Positions 37,896 through 47,069 of a stretch of DNA of 64,000 nucleotides are shown here, piece after piece. How positions within the stretch are numbered: position 1 is the stretch's first letter; every line of letters begins with the position of its first letter. A program made the position numbers and the translations under genes. The notes under the pieces were generated by a model. The model worked only from the letters and a program-made list of their open reading frames with translations, searched no databases and was not told the DNA's origin. Where the stretch lies: positions 1 to 64,000 of the IMG/VR virus record IMGVR_UViG_3300037454_000334; one strand, 5' to 3'. Origin of the DNA: a virus (lineage: Duplodnaviria > Caudoviricetes).

Positions 37896-39668
37896 TTACT
37901 TACCGTGCTCCTCGTTCCACTTCTTCTCCAGCTCGCGGTTCTTATCATAAGAGAGAGCGGGGTCATAGACGTACTGGTTCACTACCACTTGTGGAGCTTC
38001 TGCACCGCCGCCGTTATTCTTTGGGGCAGCACCAGCCTGTGCGCCTTGACCGGGGTCGTTCTGGAGCTCAGTGAGCTGGGCGTTCAGGTCTGTAATCTGC
38101 TGGTCGCGCTCGGCGATGGTGTTCTCGGCGGTCGTCAGGGACTCCTTTGCACCGTTCACGTCGGCCTGCAACTGCTCAATCTGAGCCTTCTGTCCCTCGA
38201 TGTCATGCTGCAGGTTGCCGATGGTCTCCTCCTTGGCGGTGATGTCCTGCTCCTGATCGGCGATCTTGGCATTCAGATCCTCGATGGCCTTGCTGTGCTC
38301 AGCGTTCAGGTCGTCGATGGCCTTGCTGTGCTCAGCGTTCAGGTCGTCGATGGCCTTCTGGTGCTCGGCGTTCAGGTTCTCCACTGCCTGTGCGTTCTCA
38401 GTCTTGATGGTCAAGATCTGAGCGTTCAGGTTGTCCTTCTCTGCGGTCAGGCTCTCTACCAATGCCAGTGCATCGGCTTTCTCCTTCTGCAAAGCCTCGA
38501 TGTTTGTCTGAAGAGTGTCGAGCAGTGAGGTGTTCATGTAAACACCGTCTGCATCCACCTTCTCAAACTTGCCGTCAGCAGCTCCTGCCAACTGTGCAAT
38601 AATCTGATAATTCTCTGTCATAATACTGTTATTTGTTGGTGAAATAATGTTGTTCTGTTTTGCGAGATTGACGCCACGGACTTTTGCCTTCTTGGTATCA
38701 ATCTCTGGCAGTTTGCCGAGTTTGCGGCCTGCTGTGCGCTCGATGGGCTTTTCCACGCCGTCTGCCACTGCAAAGGCACGGGATACGAGATCGCCGAGCA
38801 GCATCTGACCGTCGCAGAGGATGCCCATCACATCTTTGGCGTTGAACATCTTGCCTTTCAGGTGCTCGTCCACGTCGGCATTCGGGAAAGCAGCCTTCAT
38901 GTCTGCACGGAACTCCTCGCCGAGTTTCTTCAGCTCCTCGATGAGCAGCGTAGCGTCATCGTCTTCGGCGATATCGCGCATCTCCTTATTCTTATCAACG
39001 CTCTCGGGGTCGTAATACTCGCGGTAGGTCTCGCCCGTGTACTGGTTCTTCTCGCCGTTCTTCTGCGTGAAGAAGCTGGCCATCACGCCGACGCAGCCGA
39101 GCTGATCCATCAGGTTCACAACATACACCTCGTCGCAGAGCGAAGCCTTGTACTCGCCAGCCGATGCGCACAGGCCGTCAATAAGATCATAGACGCGCTG
39201 GCCACGGGCATGGGCATAGTCAATACCCATCTGGAAATCGTTCTTTGCCCAAGCACTACCGCCAGGGGTGTTGGTAATGAAGATGTGTGCGCGGCAATAC
39301 TTATTGTCGGCAGCCTTCATCATCCAGTCGCGGATTTCCTTTGAGCCGTAAGAACAAGCACCACCGTTGCGTGTAATAGGTCCGTCGATTGGCATGATGT
39401 TTACGAATGGTACCTGCAGCTGCTTCAGGTAGTCGATACCAGCCCAAGAGTCGTAGGTCGGCAGCACATCACCGTCCTGTGTGACCTCATACTCACGGAA
39501 GATGTCGGCGCCAGCCATGCTCATCGCCATCGGTCTGCGCTTCTCGCGGTCAATGCCGAGCATCGTATGGTTCTGGCTGTTATACATCACCGTGGGCAGG
39601 ATGCCATGCACGAACGATGGCAGTATCATCCATTCCTTGTTGGTGTAGATTTCTAAAAGTCCGTTCAT
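37896..39668 (-). CDS. S49 family prohead protease fused to coiled-coil scaffold
   Basis: IDGPITR, NTPGG, GLCASAG, GCVGV; long heptad C-terminus. Confidence 0.85.
   Translation of the reverse strand: MNGLLEIYTNKEWMILPSFVHGILPTVMYNSQNHTMLGIDREKRRPMAMSMAGADIFREYEVTQDGDVLPTYDSWAGIDYLKQLQVPFVNIMPIDGPITRNGGACSYGSKEIRDWMMKAADNKYCRAHIFITNTPGGSAWAKNDFQMGIDYAHARGQRVYDLIDGLCASAGEYKASLCDEVYVVNLMDQLGCVGVMASFFTQKNGEKNQYTGETYREYYDPESVDKNKEMRDIAEDDDATLLIEELKKLGEEFRADMKAAFPNADVDEHLKGKMFNAKDVMGILCDGQMLLGDLVSRAFAVADGVEKPIERTAGRKLGKLPEIDTKKAKVRGVNLAKQNNIISPTNNSIMTENYQIIAQLAGAADGKFEKVDADGVYMNTSLLDTLQTNIEALQKEKADALALVESLTAEKDNLNAQILTIKTENAQAVENLNAEHQKAIDDLNAEHSKAIDDLNAEHSKAIEDLNAKIADQEQDITAKEETIGNLQHDIEGQKAQIEQLQADVNGAKESLTTAENTIAERDQQITDLNAQLTELQNDPGQGAQAGAAPKNNGGGAEAPQVVVNQYVYDPALSYDKNRELEKKWNEEHGK
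38281..38379. repeat. three 33-bp tandem repeats (DLNAEHSKAID) in scaffold
   Basis: Direct inspection. Confidence 0.85.
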
Positions 39669-39702
39669 AAATCCTTATGTGATTTTTAATTTCAACTGAC
39701 GG

Positions 39703-39734
39703 CAAAGGTAATGTATGCGCGATTTTAATGGGAC
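39703..39734 (-). promoter_or_regulatory. late promoter GTCCCA-N18-TACCTTTG
   Basis: Upstream of head operon. Confidence 0.7.
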
Positions 39735-39936
39735 TTGTTTTTCGCCGCGAAAAAGCGTTTTTCGGGCAAAAACGCGATTAAGCGAGTGGATAGGAAAAAA
39801 CATGGCCGACGCTCTCGCGCCAGCCATGCCTCATGTTTTTACCAAATTAATTACTCATTATTTACTGACTTCAAAAATTGTACCGCCCCGCATCCTCGCG
39901 GACTCTACGGGCGGTCCCTGTGTACAATTATAACTA

Positions 39937-40425
39937 TCATGTTCGTCGTGTAATCCTTATCATGTTCGACAGCGACTTCATCGACACCTTCACCGTCTGC
40001 TTCTGCTCGCCTCCGAACTGGTCCTCGACGGAGACAGACGACGTATTGGGAAGGGCATACAGCAGGAACTCGGTACCGGCCACCGTGCGCAGTACGGCGT
40101 GGAAGTCCACACCTTCAAGCAGTCCCTGGGCCTCGCGTACCTCTTCGTAGCCGTACTGCACGGGAATCTGAAGGTCGTGGTTGCGCAGATAGCCTGATGC
40201 CTGTGTCTTCCCCTGCGTCTTCAGCGTCGGCGCATTCATCTGAGCCGTAATACCGGAAGCCGAGTCGTTCACGTCGAGCGTCATCGACGGGGAACCGATG
40301 ACACAGCTGTTCATCGTCACTATCTCCGGAACGTTGAACGGAACAGGCATCGAACAGACCGATGCCTTGACCAGGTCGATGTGCGTCACCTCGCTGAGGA
40401 ATATCTCACTACAATTCTCCATCAT
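39937..40425 (-). CDS. hypothetical virion-associated protein
   Basis: Likely start MMENCSE; beta-rich; adjacent to head genes. Confidence 0.6.
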   Translation of the reverse strand: MMENCSEIFLSEVTHIDLVKASVCSMPVPFNVPEIVTMNSCVIGSPSMTLDVNDSASGITAQMNAPTLKTQGKTQASGYLRNHDLQIPVQYGYEEVREAQGLLEGVDFHAVLRTVAGTEFLLYALPNTSSVSVEDQFGGEQKQTVKVSMKSLSNMIRITRRT

Positions 40426-40609
40426 CACACCTATTATATTATATATATTGCCGCTTATGCCTCCCGAAAAACCACCGAAAAAAGCCTTTGTACAACATGC
40501 GGACACGTTTTGGGGGACATTCGGACGGTTATTTAACTTCTTTTATAGTTCACATTAACTTTCATTCGTACACCTCTTATAAAAGTGCGTAACAAGCCTA
40601 TGACATAGG

Positions 40610-40993
40610 TCAATCGCCGTTATAGGGGTCTATCTCCGACTTGGCTGCTTCATCGGGCTGTCGCGTCTCGATGTCCGAGTTGTTGACGGCCGACGGACTG
40701 TCGCCTTCAGGCAGTTCCTTCTTCACAGGATTGCCGTTGCGGTCATACCCTTGCGTAAACTTACAGGCGAACATCGCACCAGCGGGAACGGCAACCAGAT
40801 ACGGCTCGATATTAAGCCACCAGTCGTGCGGCTGGATGCCTGCCAGGGCCATCGACTCGTGGGCGGCCAGGGCGGTGCCGCTGATCAAGCCGCAGACCCA
40901 CATCATGCGCTTGAAGAACCTAGGCATGGCGTTCTGCCAGCGGCTCTTCAACTCCTTCCAGAAATCCTGCATCGTCTTCATATTACAAACCAA
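40610..40993 (-). CDS. putative holin
   Basis: WKELKSRWQNAMPRFFK followed by two TM helices. Confidence 0.6.
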   Translation of the reverse strand: MVCNMKTMQDFWKELKSRWQNAMPRFFKRMMWVCGLISGTALAAHESMALAGIQPHDWWLNIEPYLVAVPAGAMFACKFTQGYDRNGNPVKKELPEGDSPSAVNNSDIETRQPDEAAKSEIDPYNGD

Positions 40994-40994
40994 T

Positions 40995-41318
40995 CTATTG
41001 TTGTCGCTGAACTTTTACGCCTGGATCGGATATCAGTATCAGGTTTGACAAGCCCTTGACCTCTGATAAGAGACCTTGGATATCAGTCCGCACGCCTCCC
41101 ACCTGCTCAATCATCTTCTTTTCGAGCGAGTTCATCTTATCCAATAATCCATCCTGTTTAATTGAGTGAGAGTCGATACGCTTCTGCTGGCTTTCGACAG
41201 TCTTTTCGAGAATGGCCACACGGGTGCGAAGGTTATGAACCCAACCCACCAATCCGACAATCCCAGCGAGTAGCACCGGGAGCAGATAGGGCCAGAGATC
41301 TGTCATTACACTATTCAT
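40995..41318 (-). CDS. membrane-anchored coiled-coil lysis-module protein
   Basis: N-terminal TM then heptads; start MNSVMTD at 41318. Confidence 0.6.
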   Translation of the reverse strand: MNSVMTDLWPYLLPVLLAGIVGLVGWVHNLRTRVAILEKTVESQQKRIDSHSIKQDGLLDKMNSLEKKMIEQVGGVRTDIQGLLSEVKGLSNLILISDPGVKVQRQQ

Positions 41319-41341
41319 TTGCCTGTTTCTGTTTTTTTCTG

Positions 41342-41375
41342 CAAAGATAAGCAGCGTGGCGCTTCGCTTTGGGAT
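41342..41375 (-). promoter_or_regulatory. late promoter variant ATCCCA-N20-TATCTTTG
   Basis: Upstream of holin-like genes. Confidence 0.6.
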
Positions 41376-41406
41376 ATAAGACAGGCGAAAAGGCATATAT
41401 ACGGGC

Positions 41407-41446
41407 AAAAGCGGGGCAAGGCGGCCGTTGGACCGCCCCACCCCGC
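41407..41446 (-). terminator. terminator of Cys-rich operon
   Basis: gcgggg..gcgg/ccgc..ccccgc stem plus U-run. Confidence 0.6.
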
Positions 41447-41475
41447 CGACCATTCACGGCGATATGGAATGGAAG

Positions 41476-41748
41476 TCATTTCCTGGCAAAGAGCTTGCCA
41501 AGGAGCCAGAAGGCCGAGGTGGTAAGCACGTTCGCGGCGACGTCGCTGCCGAAGGCCGTGTACCATCGGTCTCGGTCGGCATGCTCCACCAGGCGCTCCA
41601 GGTGCTGCTGGTTCCGCTGAATCGCCCGCAGGATCTCGTCATTGCTCTTGTTCTGCATCGTCATCATCACGAAGAGTCGTTTCTCCTCGTCGCTCATCTT
41701 GTCATAGATGCGCTCAAGGAGCATCCTGCGGGCGACGGCTCTGTCCAT
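41476..41748 (-). CDS. hypothetical protein (Cys-rich operon gene 9)
   Basis: Coupled ORF; amphipathic C-terminus. Confidence 0.7.
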   Translation of the reverse strand: MDRAVARRMLLERIYDKMSDEEKRLFVMMTMQNKSNDEILRAIQRNQQHLERLVEHADRDRWYTAFGSDVAANVLTTSAFWLLGKLFARK

Positions 41749-42251
41749 TACACACCGAAGTATGAGCGGATATCATACACACCGTCCTTGTCGCGGAGTG
41801 TCTTCATCGCCATCTTGTAGCAGGCAGCGATGATGTCCTTGTCGGTAGGCGTGAGCGGCTTGCCGAGCAGGGCGGCTATCTCCTCTCCGAAGTCGGAGTA
41901 CATCTTGTTCATCTCCACCCACAGGGCGCAGCTGTTGTAGTACGGCATGTCCTCGATGGGCAGGCCGAACGACTGCATCGCGTTCTTCCATGTGTCGCGG
42001 CTCCAAGGGGCCTTTGGATCCATGCCGGCAACAATCTTCTCGGCCTCCTTCGGCGTGAGGTACTGCTTCCACTTGATGGCCTCCAGCTTGTCTATCATCT
42101 CCTCGGCCACGTCGGGCTTCGTCTGGATGAGATAGTCCATCATCTCGTTCATCACACGGCCGAAAGCCATCATGTTCTTTGGGTCACGGCTGTTGGCCAT
42201 GTATTCGTATAGACCTGTATAGCGGTCTCTCAATTCTTGCGGTATAGTCAT
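41748..42251 (-). CDS. conserved hypothetical helical protein (operon gene 8)
   Basis: YLTPKEAEKIV...LWVEMNKMYSD...LRDKDG...IRSYF. Confidence 0.75.
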   Translation of the reverse strand: MTIPQELRDRYTGLYEYMANSRDPKNMMAFGRVMNEMMDYLIQTKPDVAEEMIDKLEAIKWKQYLTPKEAEKIVAGMDPKAPWSRDTWKNAMQSFGLPIEDMPYYNSCALWVEMNKMYSDFGEEIAALLGKPLTPTDKDIIAACYKMAMKTLRDKDGVYDIRSYFGV

Positions 42252-42339
42252 CTTATTTTCTATTTTAATTCGATTTTAAGCCGATTCAAACCGCCTTATT
42301 TCCAGGATTTCTGCGAAAACAAGCGGAAAACGGCGATTT

Positions 42340-42513
42340 TTATTTCTTATTTTGACGTTTAGGCGCCTGTTTCGGCGGCTTTTCCGTTTTTATTTCGGAT
42401 TCATGCTTTGACTGCTGAACCTGAACCTGAGCCGCTGGGCACATCGGGCACGGCGTCTGAGGGACTGATCGCGTCGGTGTCGGCTGGGTCTGCTGTTGGA
42501 TAAATCTTTCCAT
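42340..42513 (-). CDS. 57-aa Gln/Pro-rich CPMC peptide (operon gene 7, not in ORF track)
   Basis: MERFIQQQTQPTPTRSVPQTPCPMCP...RQNKK* overlaps the 3' end of the upstream gene. Confidence 0.5.
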   Translation of the reverse strand: MERFIQQQTQPTPTRSVPQTPCPMCPAAQVQVQQSKHESEIKTEKPPKQAPKRQNKK

Positions 42514-42784
42514 ATACCTTTATATATAAGTGGTCGATGATTCCCATGAAGAGGTCGAGCCAGATGGCCGACCAGGCTGAGAGGAAGGATACCGCGAGCG
42601 AGGTGACGACGCCGAGACCGCCGACAAGGCAGTAGCAGAGCACTGCCCAGAAGCTGAAGCACTTCACACAACTGACAATCGGCAGCCGCTGACGGACGAC
42701 CGACGCGACCGCATCTATCAGCCCGAGATGGTTGGCGGCGGTGCAGGCGAACACGATGCACGCGATATCCTGAAGGTTCATCAT
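42401..42784 (-). CDS. membrane protein with CxxC (DUF1360-like; operon gene 6)
   Basis: SCVKCFSFW between TM helices. Confidence 0.65.
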   Translation of the reverse strand: MMNLQDIACIVFACTAANHLGLIDAVASVVRQRLPIVSCVKCFSFWAVLCYCLVGGLGVVTSLAVSFLSAWSAIWLDLFMGIIDHLYIKVYGKIYPTADPADTDAISPSDAVPDVPSGSGSGSAVKA

Positions 42785-43248
42785 GCGCCGGCAGTCACTT
42801 CGATGCTGGTGGTGAGGGCTATCTGGTTGGTGCATGGACGTGTGCCCTGGCAGCAGCCACAGCCGTTGTTGATGTAATACTTGATGGGCTTCGGGCTTGC
42901 CTTCACCTCACCGATGGTCAGCGTGGGCTGGGTGGCCGACGTGCATGGCAGGCAGCACTGGTAGCTGACGTACTCCGTGCGTGGCTCGCAGCTTCCGCAG
43001 GGGCAATAAGTCACGGTGCCCGACACCAGGCACTCCTGACAATACATCGAGTTACCCACGTCGATGGGCTGACCTACGGCGGCTACACTGAGGCTGGCGA
43101 TGACGGGGCGGGCGGGGTCGCTGAGCGCCATCTTGCGGCCTCCGCATGTGTAGTGCGTCAGACCGAGCGTGTACACTCCCGCTGTCGGGGTGGACATCAG
43201 GAAGTCAGGATTGTCCTGTCCGTTCCTGCAGTTACAGTTACAATTCAT
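42781..43248 (-). CDS. Cys-rich protein (16 Cys in 155 aa; operon gene 5)
   Basis: CNCNC, CQEC, CPCGSC, CCLPC, CGCC. Confidence 0.75.
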   Translation of the reverse strand: MNCNCNCRNGQDNPDFLMSTPTAGVYTLGLTHYTCGGRKMALSDPARPVIASLSVAAVGQPIDVGNSMYCQECLVSGTVTYCPCGSCEPRTEYVSYQCCLPCTSATQPTLTIGEVKASPKPIKYYINNGCGCCQGTRPCTNQIALTTSIEVTAGA

Positions 43249-43317
43249 AATCGTTTTGTTTTTGTGTTAATTATCTCGGGAGTCTTTGACTGCGCCACTC
43301 CCACCTTGCGCTATGTC

Positions 43318-43635
43318 TTATTCAGCTGCATCGGGCTCCTTCGCGAACTCCTTGGGGAAGAGCTCTGGCTCAACTGTGTTGGGGTCGAAGACGGCTGCCT
43401 CGCTCGACTGGATGGCCTCTATCTTCGTGGCGAGGTCTTTTACCGATCCTTGCATGGCTTCTATCTGACCTTGCATACTGGCCAATGTCTCCATGACCTT
43501 ATCCAGCACCATCATGTTCGAGTATGCGTGCTGCGATGCACAATACTGACGCTGTGCGGGAATGCACTTCAGGCAGTTGCCAGGGCACTTGTACTGCGGC
43601 TGCTGGGCCTGCTGGTTCTGATTTGTCTGTTCCAT
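43318..43635 (-). CDS. Cys-cluster plus coiled-coil protein (operon gene 4)
   Basis: CPGNCLKC...YC. Confidence 0.7.
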   Translation of the reverse strand: MEQTNQNQQAQQPQYKCPGNCLKCIPAQRQYCASQHAYSNMMVLDKVMETLASMQGQIEAMQGSVKDLATKIEAIQSSEAAVFDPNTVEPELFPKEFAKEPDAAE

Positions 43636-43710
43636 ATTGCAAATGTTATTTCTGTTTTATTCTCAAGACTTGTCTGTCGTTCAATGACTTAGAGATCGTC
43701 TTTTCAAATC

Positions 43711-43929
43711 TCATTTGAAGTATTCGCAAATCCTGTTCCTTACTATCGGGTTCTTGTCCCAGTTGGCGATGGCCTTTGCCGCCTTCTCCGCCGTGACAGC
43801 GCGACCCTGACGAGCATGATAGCCGATAAAAGCAACGATAGCCATACGCAGATCCTCCACTTCGCGCTCGTCGTAGGCATACACCTCGAAGCTGATGGGG
43901 AACACCTTGATTTCCTTCTTCTCATCCAT
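43711..43929 (-). CDS. hypothetical protein (operon gene 3)
   Basis: Packed ORF. Confidence 0.65.
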   Translation of the reverse strand: MDEKKEIKVFPISFEVYAYDEREVEDLRMAIVAFIGYHARQGRAVTAEKAAKAIANWDKNPIVRNRICEYFK

Positions 43930-43940
43930 TTTGCCGTGAA

Positions 43941-44324
43941 TTAACTGTTACTGACTGGTTGGTTGATGGGCGGCAGGTCCACCGTCGGTGCGGGCGGCTC
44001 CGGCGTCGGGATTACGCCGCGGTTGGCGATGACCTGCTGCACATACTGGTATGCCTGCTGAATGGACGGGCCGTTCTCCTTCAGCCAGTCCATGACGGCG
44101 TTGACTGTCTGGGCGGTGTTCTGCTGCCATGTCAGTGGCACGGGGTCCTGATCGGGCAGGTCTGGCATGTCCGATGCGAAGAAGTCGTACAGCTCCTTCG
44201 CCTCCTTCAGGTCGCCCTTGGCGCAGAAGAGGCACTGCAGCTTCAGGCTGCTCTTGCTCGTTGCTCTTAGTCCCTGGTTCACCATCTGTAACCTCCGTTT
44301 CTTCTTCCCATAGTTCCATATCAT
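43941..44324 (-). CDS. hypothetical protein (operon gene 2)
   Basis: Likely start MIWNYG at 44324. Confidence 0.65.
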   Translation of the reverse strand: MIWNYGKKKRRLQMVNQGLRATSKSSLKLQCLFCAKGDLKEAKELYDFFASDMPDLPDQDPVPLTWQQNTAQTVNAVMDWLKENGPSIQQAYQYVQQVIANRGVIPTPEPPAPTVDLPPINQPVSNS

Positions 44325-44414
44325 ATTGCCGTGATTTGATGTTGGAAATGAGGGGCGGCATCCCTCAAGCATCCTTCACTATGCGTTACCGGTTAGCCGC
44401 CACCTCAAATCACT

Positions 44415-44969
44415 TTAGCCGTTGCAGCAGCCGCCGGGGCAAGAACAGGGCTGGGGAGCCGAGTACAGGCTGACGGGTGTCGGGTTCAGCGATGCGCGAC
44501 CAGTCACGAAGTCGGAGTAGGTCTGCGTCATCACGCTGTTCACGGCGCTCAGTTCAGCAGCCTGCTGTGCAGAGAGCGTTCCCTGCTGACTGCCGCTCAC
44601 GGTGTCGTTGACAGTCTGGGTGATGGTCTGGTCGCCAGCGATGCGCTCCTGACGCTCAGCAGCAAACAGGTTGGTCAACTGGTCGAGCTGACGCTGTGTG
44701 GCGCCGTTCTGCAGGGTTGCAATCTCCTTGGCGGCGAGAGCAACCTCCTTGGCCTGGTTGGCCTTGGCATTGCCGTACATACCACCGAAGAGCCATGCGC
44801 CTACGCCAACTGCCGTGCCGACAGTGCCGAGAACAAGTCCTGCAACTCCGATACCACTGGTGTGGTTCTTCTGCTGCATGTAACCGACTTTGTACTGCTC
44901 GTAAGGAGAGAGTCCCTCTTTCGAGTCCATCCCACGGAGCATCATCAAATCATTAGCATCTAAAGCCAT
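44415..44969 (-). CDS. Gly-zipper TM plus coiled-coil protein with Cys-rich tail (operon gene 1)
   Basis: GIGVAGLVLGTVGTAVGVG; C-terminal CSCPGGCCNG. Confidence 0.75.
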   Translation of the reverse strand: MALDANDLMMLRGMDSKEGLSPYEQYKVGYMQQKNHTSGIGVAGLVLGTVGTAVGVGAWLFGGMYGNAKANQAKEVALAAKEIATLQNGATQRQLDQLTNLFAAERQERIAGDQTITQTVNDTVSGSQQGTLSAQQAAELSAVNSVMTQTYSDFVTGRASLNPTPVSLYSAPQPCSCPGGCCNG

Positions 44970-45150
44970 AATCTTAATGTTTTTGTGTTAGTGAAAAATT
45001 GAAGAACGGGACTTTCCCGTCCGCTTGCAAAATTCGGCAATAAACGGCCTCGGACAAAGAAAATCCACACCTCTTTAGGCTCACTTTTCAAGCCTAAGAA
45101 GCGCATAGTCCCAAATCATCCGTCCGACGATGATACCTTTGCCTACGACT

Positions 45151-45168
45151 CGGGTATACCGGTGCAGA
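45151..45168. repeat. left copy of imperfect inverted repeat (right copy 45689-45707)
   Basis: cgggtataccggtgcaga versus reverse complement cgggtaaaaccggtgcaga. Confidence 0.7.
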
Positions 45169-45224
45169 CAAACATTGTCAAACCCTTTAAAACATGAGGA
45201 AAGGAACGAATATGATTACATAAC

Positions 45225-45380
45225 AAAATAACAGGGGCTTGCCTTGGTGTCAGCAAGGCTCGCCCCCTTTCAGTCTGCGGTCTCCTTCGCTGTTATGTCC
45301 ATTGGACGGCGTGTTCACAAGGAGGCACGCAGACTTTTGGTGATCGTTAACATCAGGCTTTGCAGGTCGTTTGATGCAAA
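45225..45380 (-). ncRNA. candidate structured antisense sRNA
   Basis: Minus-strand TAACTTTG box at 45387-45394; long hairpins; terminator-like hairpin 45233-45268 plus U-rich tail. Confidence 0.4.
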
Positions 45381-45411
45381 CGGCTGCAAAGTTAACCAAA
45401 AGTATCAATCA

Positions 45412-45651
45412 ATGGACACAATCTTCGACCATATTGAACCTTTTGAGGATTTCTTAACACTCCTCGCACGCAATAAGGTCTCTGTCGGCGACGTGAAGTA
45501 TTTCCCGGCCTACCGTGAATATCTTCACAGACGCTTCGTCGACAAGGACCTGTATTACAACTGCGTCGATGAGCTGTCGGAGAAATACGGCTTGAGACCT
45601 GGCACGTTCAGGACCAAGATCAGGCTGTTCTCGGAAGAGTTCAAAAAATAA
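45412..45651 (+). CDS. small HTH DNA-binding protein
   Basis: YYNCVDELSEKYGLRPGTFRTKIRLF HTH-like; ATG at 45412. Confidence 0.7.
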   Translation: MDTIFDHIEPFEDFLTLLARNKVSVGDVKYFPAYREYLHRRFVDKDLYYNCVDELSEKYGLRPGTFRTKIRLFSEEFKK

Positions 45652-45688
45652 GCCCGCTGCTTAACAAAGTTTAGCAGTCAGAGAGATT

Positions 45689-45707
45689 TCTGCACCGGTT
45701 TTACCCG
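45689..45707. repeat. right copy of imperfect inverted repeat
   Basis: See 45151-45168. Confidence 0.7.
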
Positions 45708-45868
45708 CTTTTTTGTATAAAAAATTGCTAATTGCTTGCAACTTCCGTTTTATTTGCGTATATTTGCGTCGTGGTTCTCCCTCCAAGGAGGTATTCTCTT
45801 GCGATGGCTGGTAATTTTCAGCCTGATTTTGGAAATAATCCTGAATTTAATACAAAAAACACCGAAAA

Positions 45869-47047
45869 ATGGAATCAAAAATCCGCTACCATTTGTGCTA
45901 TAACTACGGTAAGAAACTCAATGCTGACGGACGCTCTCCGGTGGCCGTCGAGGCACGTCAGGGCACCAAGAGAATATACCTGTCGACACAGGTTATGCTC
46001 TTCCCATATCAATGGAACAACGGGAAGGTCGTCAACCACCCGAATGCGTCTAAGCTGACCGTCTGGCTCTTCAGACGGATGCACGAGATTGAGGAGATCG
46101 AGCTCGACTCACTGCTCAACGACAAACCGATGCTGCTCTCTCAGCTGAAGCAGGCCGTCAGGTCCGGTTCCAAGCCGTCGGCATCCATAGAGGAGTTCGT
46201 GAATGCCGTCATCGAGCCGAGCAACCGCAGCCGCCAGACCAAGGATGCCTATCACACGCTGGCCCGCGAGACCGAGAAATACGACAAGAAGACGAAGATG
46301 AACACCATCGACCACGACTGGATTGAGCGGTGGCGTACCACGATGCTGCAGCAGGGATTGTCGGAGAACACCGTCAAAGGACGTCTGAAGATGCTACACT
46401 GCCTGACGCAGGAGGCCATCAAGCGCGATCTCCTGAGTCAGGACCCCTTCAAATGGATTGTCATTGGCAACATGACGCCGAAGCAGGAGTTCCTGACCAA
46501 GGGCGAGCTCCGCAAGATAGAGCGGGTCCGTCTGACGGGCAAGGAGGCGAAGGTGCGCGACCTGTTCCTGCTCGGGGTATATACAGGCCTCAGATGGAGC
46601 GACCTGACCACGCTTGAGGAAGCCGACATCAGCGGCGGCATCATTCGCAAACGGATGTATAAGACGAAGCGTGACGTCACCATCCCCATCAAGACGCTCT
46701 TCTGGGGCAAGGGCCAGGAAATCGTCGACCGCTACCAGCCGATCACCAGGCTCTGCAAATGCGTAAAATGCAACTCCACCGGCAACCGGATTATTCAGGC
46801 CATCGCTGAACGCATCGGCATCAAACAGCGCGTCCACTTCCACCTCGCCCGCAAGACATGCTCAACAATGCTCAACGCCCTCGGCCTACCGACGAACGAC
46901 ATCACAAGCATCCTTGGCCACGCCAAAATTGAGACCACCCAAAAATACTATATCTTCGGTAAAGAAGAATCGCTCATCAAATCTGCAAAGAAACTATTCA
47001 AACAACAAAAAGAGTCGCCTATCGAGACTGATATCGAACAAGAGTAG
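45869..47047 (+). CDS. tyrosine recombinase/integrase (Bacteroidetes arm-binding type)
   Basis: TGLRWSD, HLARKT and LGH..I.TTQKY catalytic residues; N-terminal arm and SAM-like domains. Confidence 0.93.
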   Translation: MESKIRYHLCYNYGKKLNADGRSPVAVEARQGTKRIYLSTQVMLFPYQWNNGKVVNHPNASKLTVWLFRRMHEIEEIELDSLLNDKPMLLSQLKQAVRSGSKPSASIEEFVNAVIEPSNRSRQTKDAYHTLARETEKYDKKTKMNTIDHDWIERWRTTMLQQGLSENTVKGRLKMLHCLTQEAIKRDLLSQDPFKWIVIGNMTPKQEFLTKGELRKIERVRLTGKEAKVRDLFLLGVYTGLRWSDLTTLEEADISGGIIRKRMYKTKRDVTIPIKTLFWGKGQEIVDRYQPITRLCKCVKCNSTGNRIIQAIAERIGIKQRVHFHLARKTCSTMLNALGLPTNDITSILGHAKIETTQKYYIFGKEESLIKSAKKLFKQQKESPIETDIEQE

Positions 47048-47069
47048 CGTGATCCAACAGACCGGAAAT

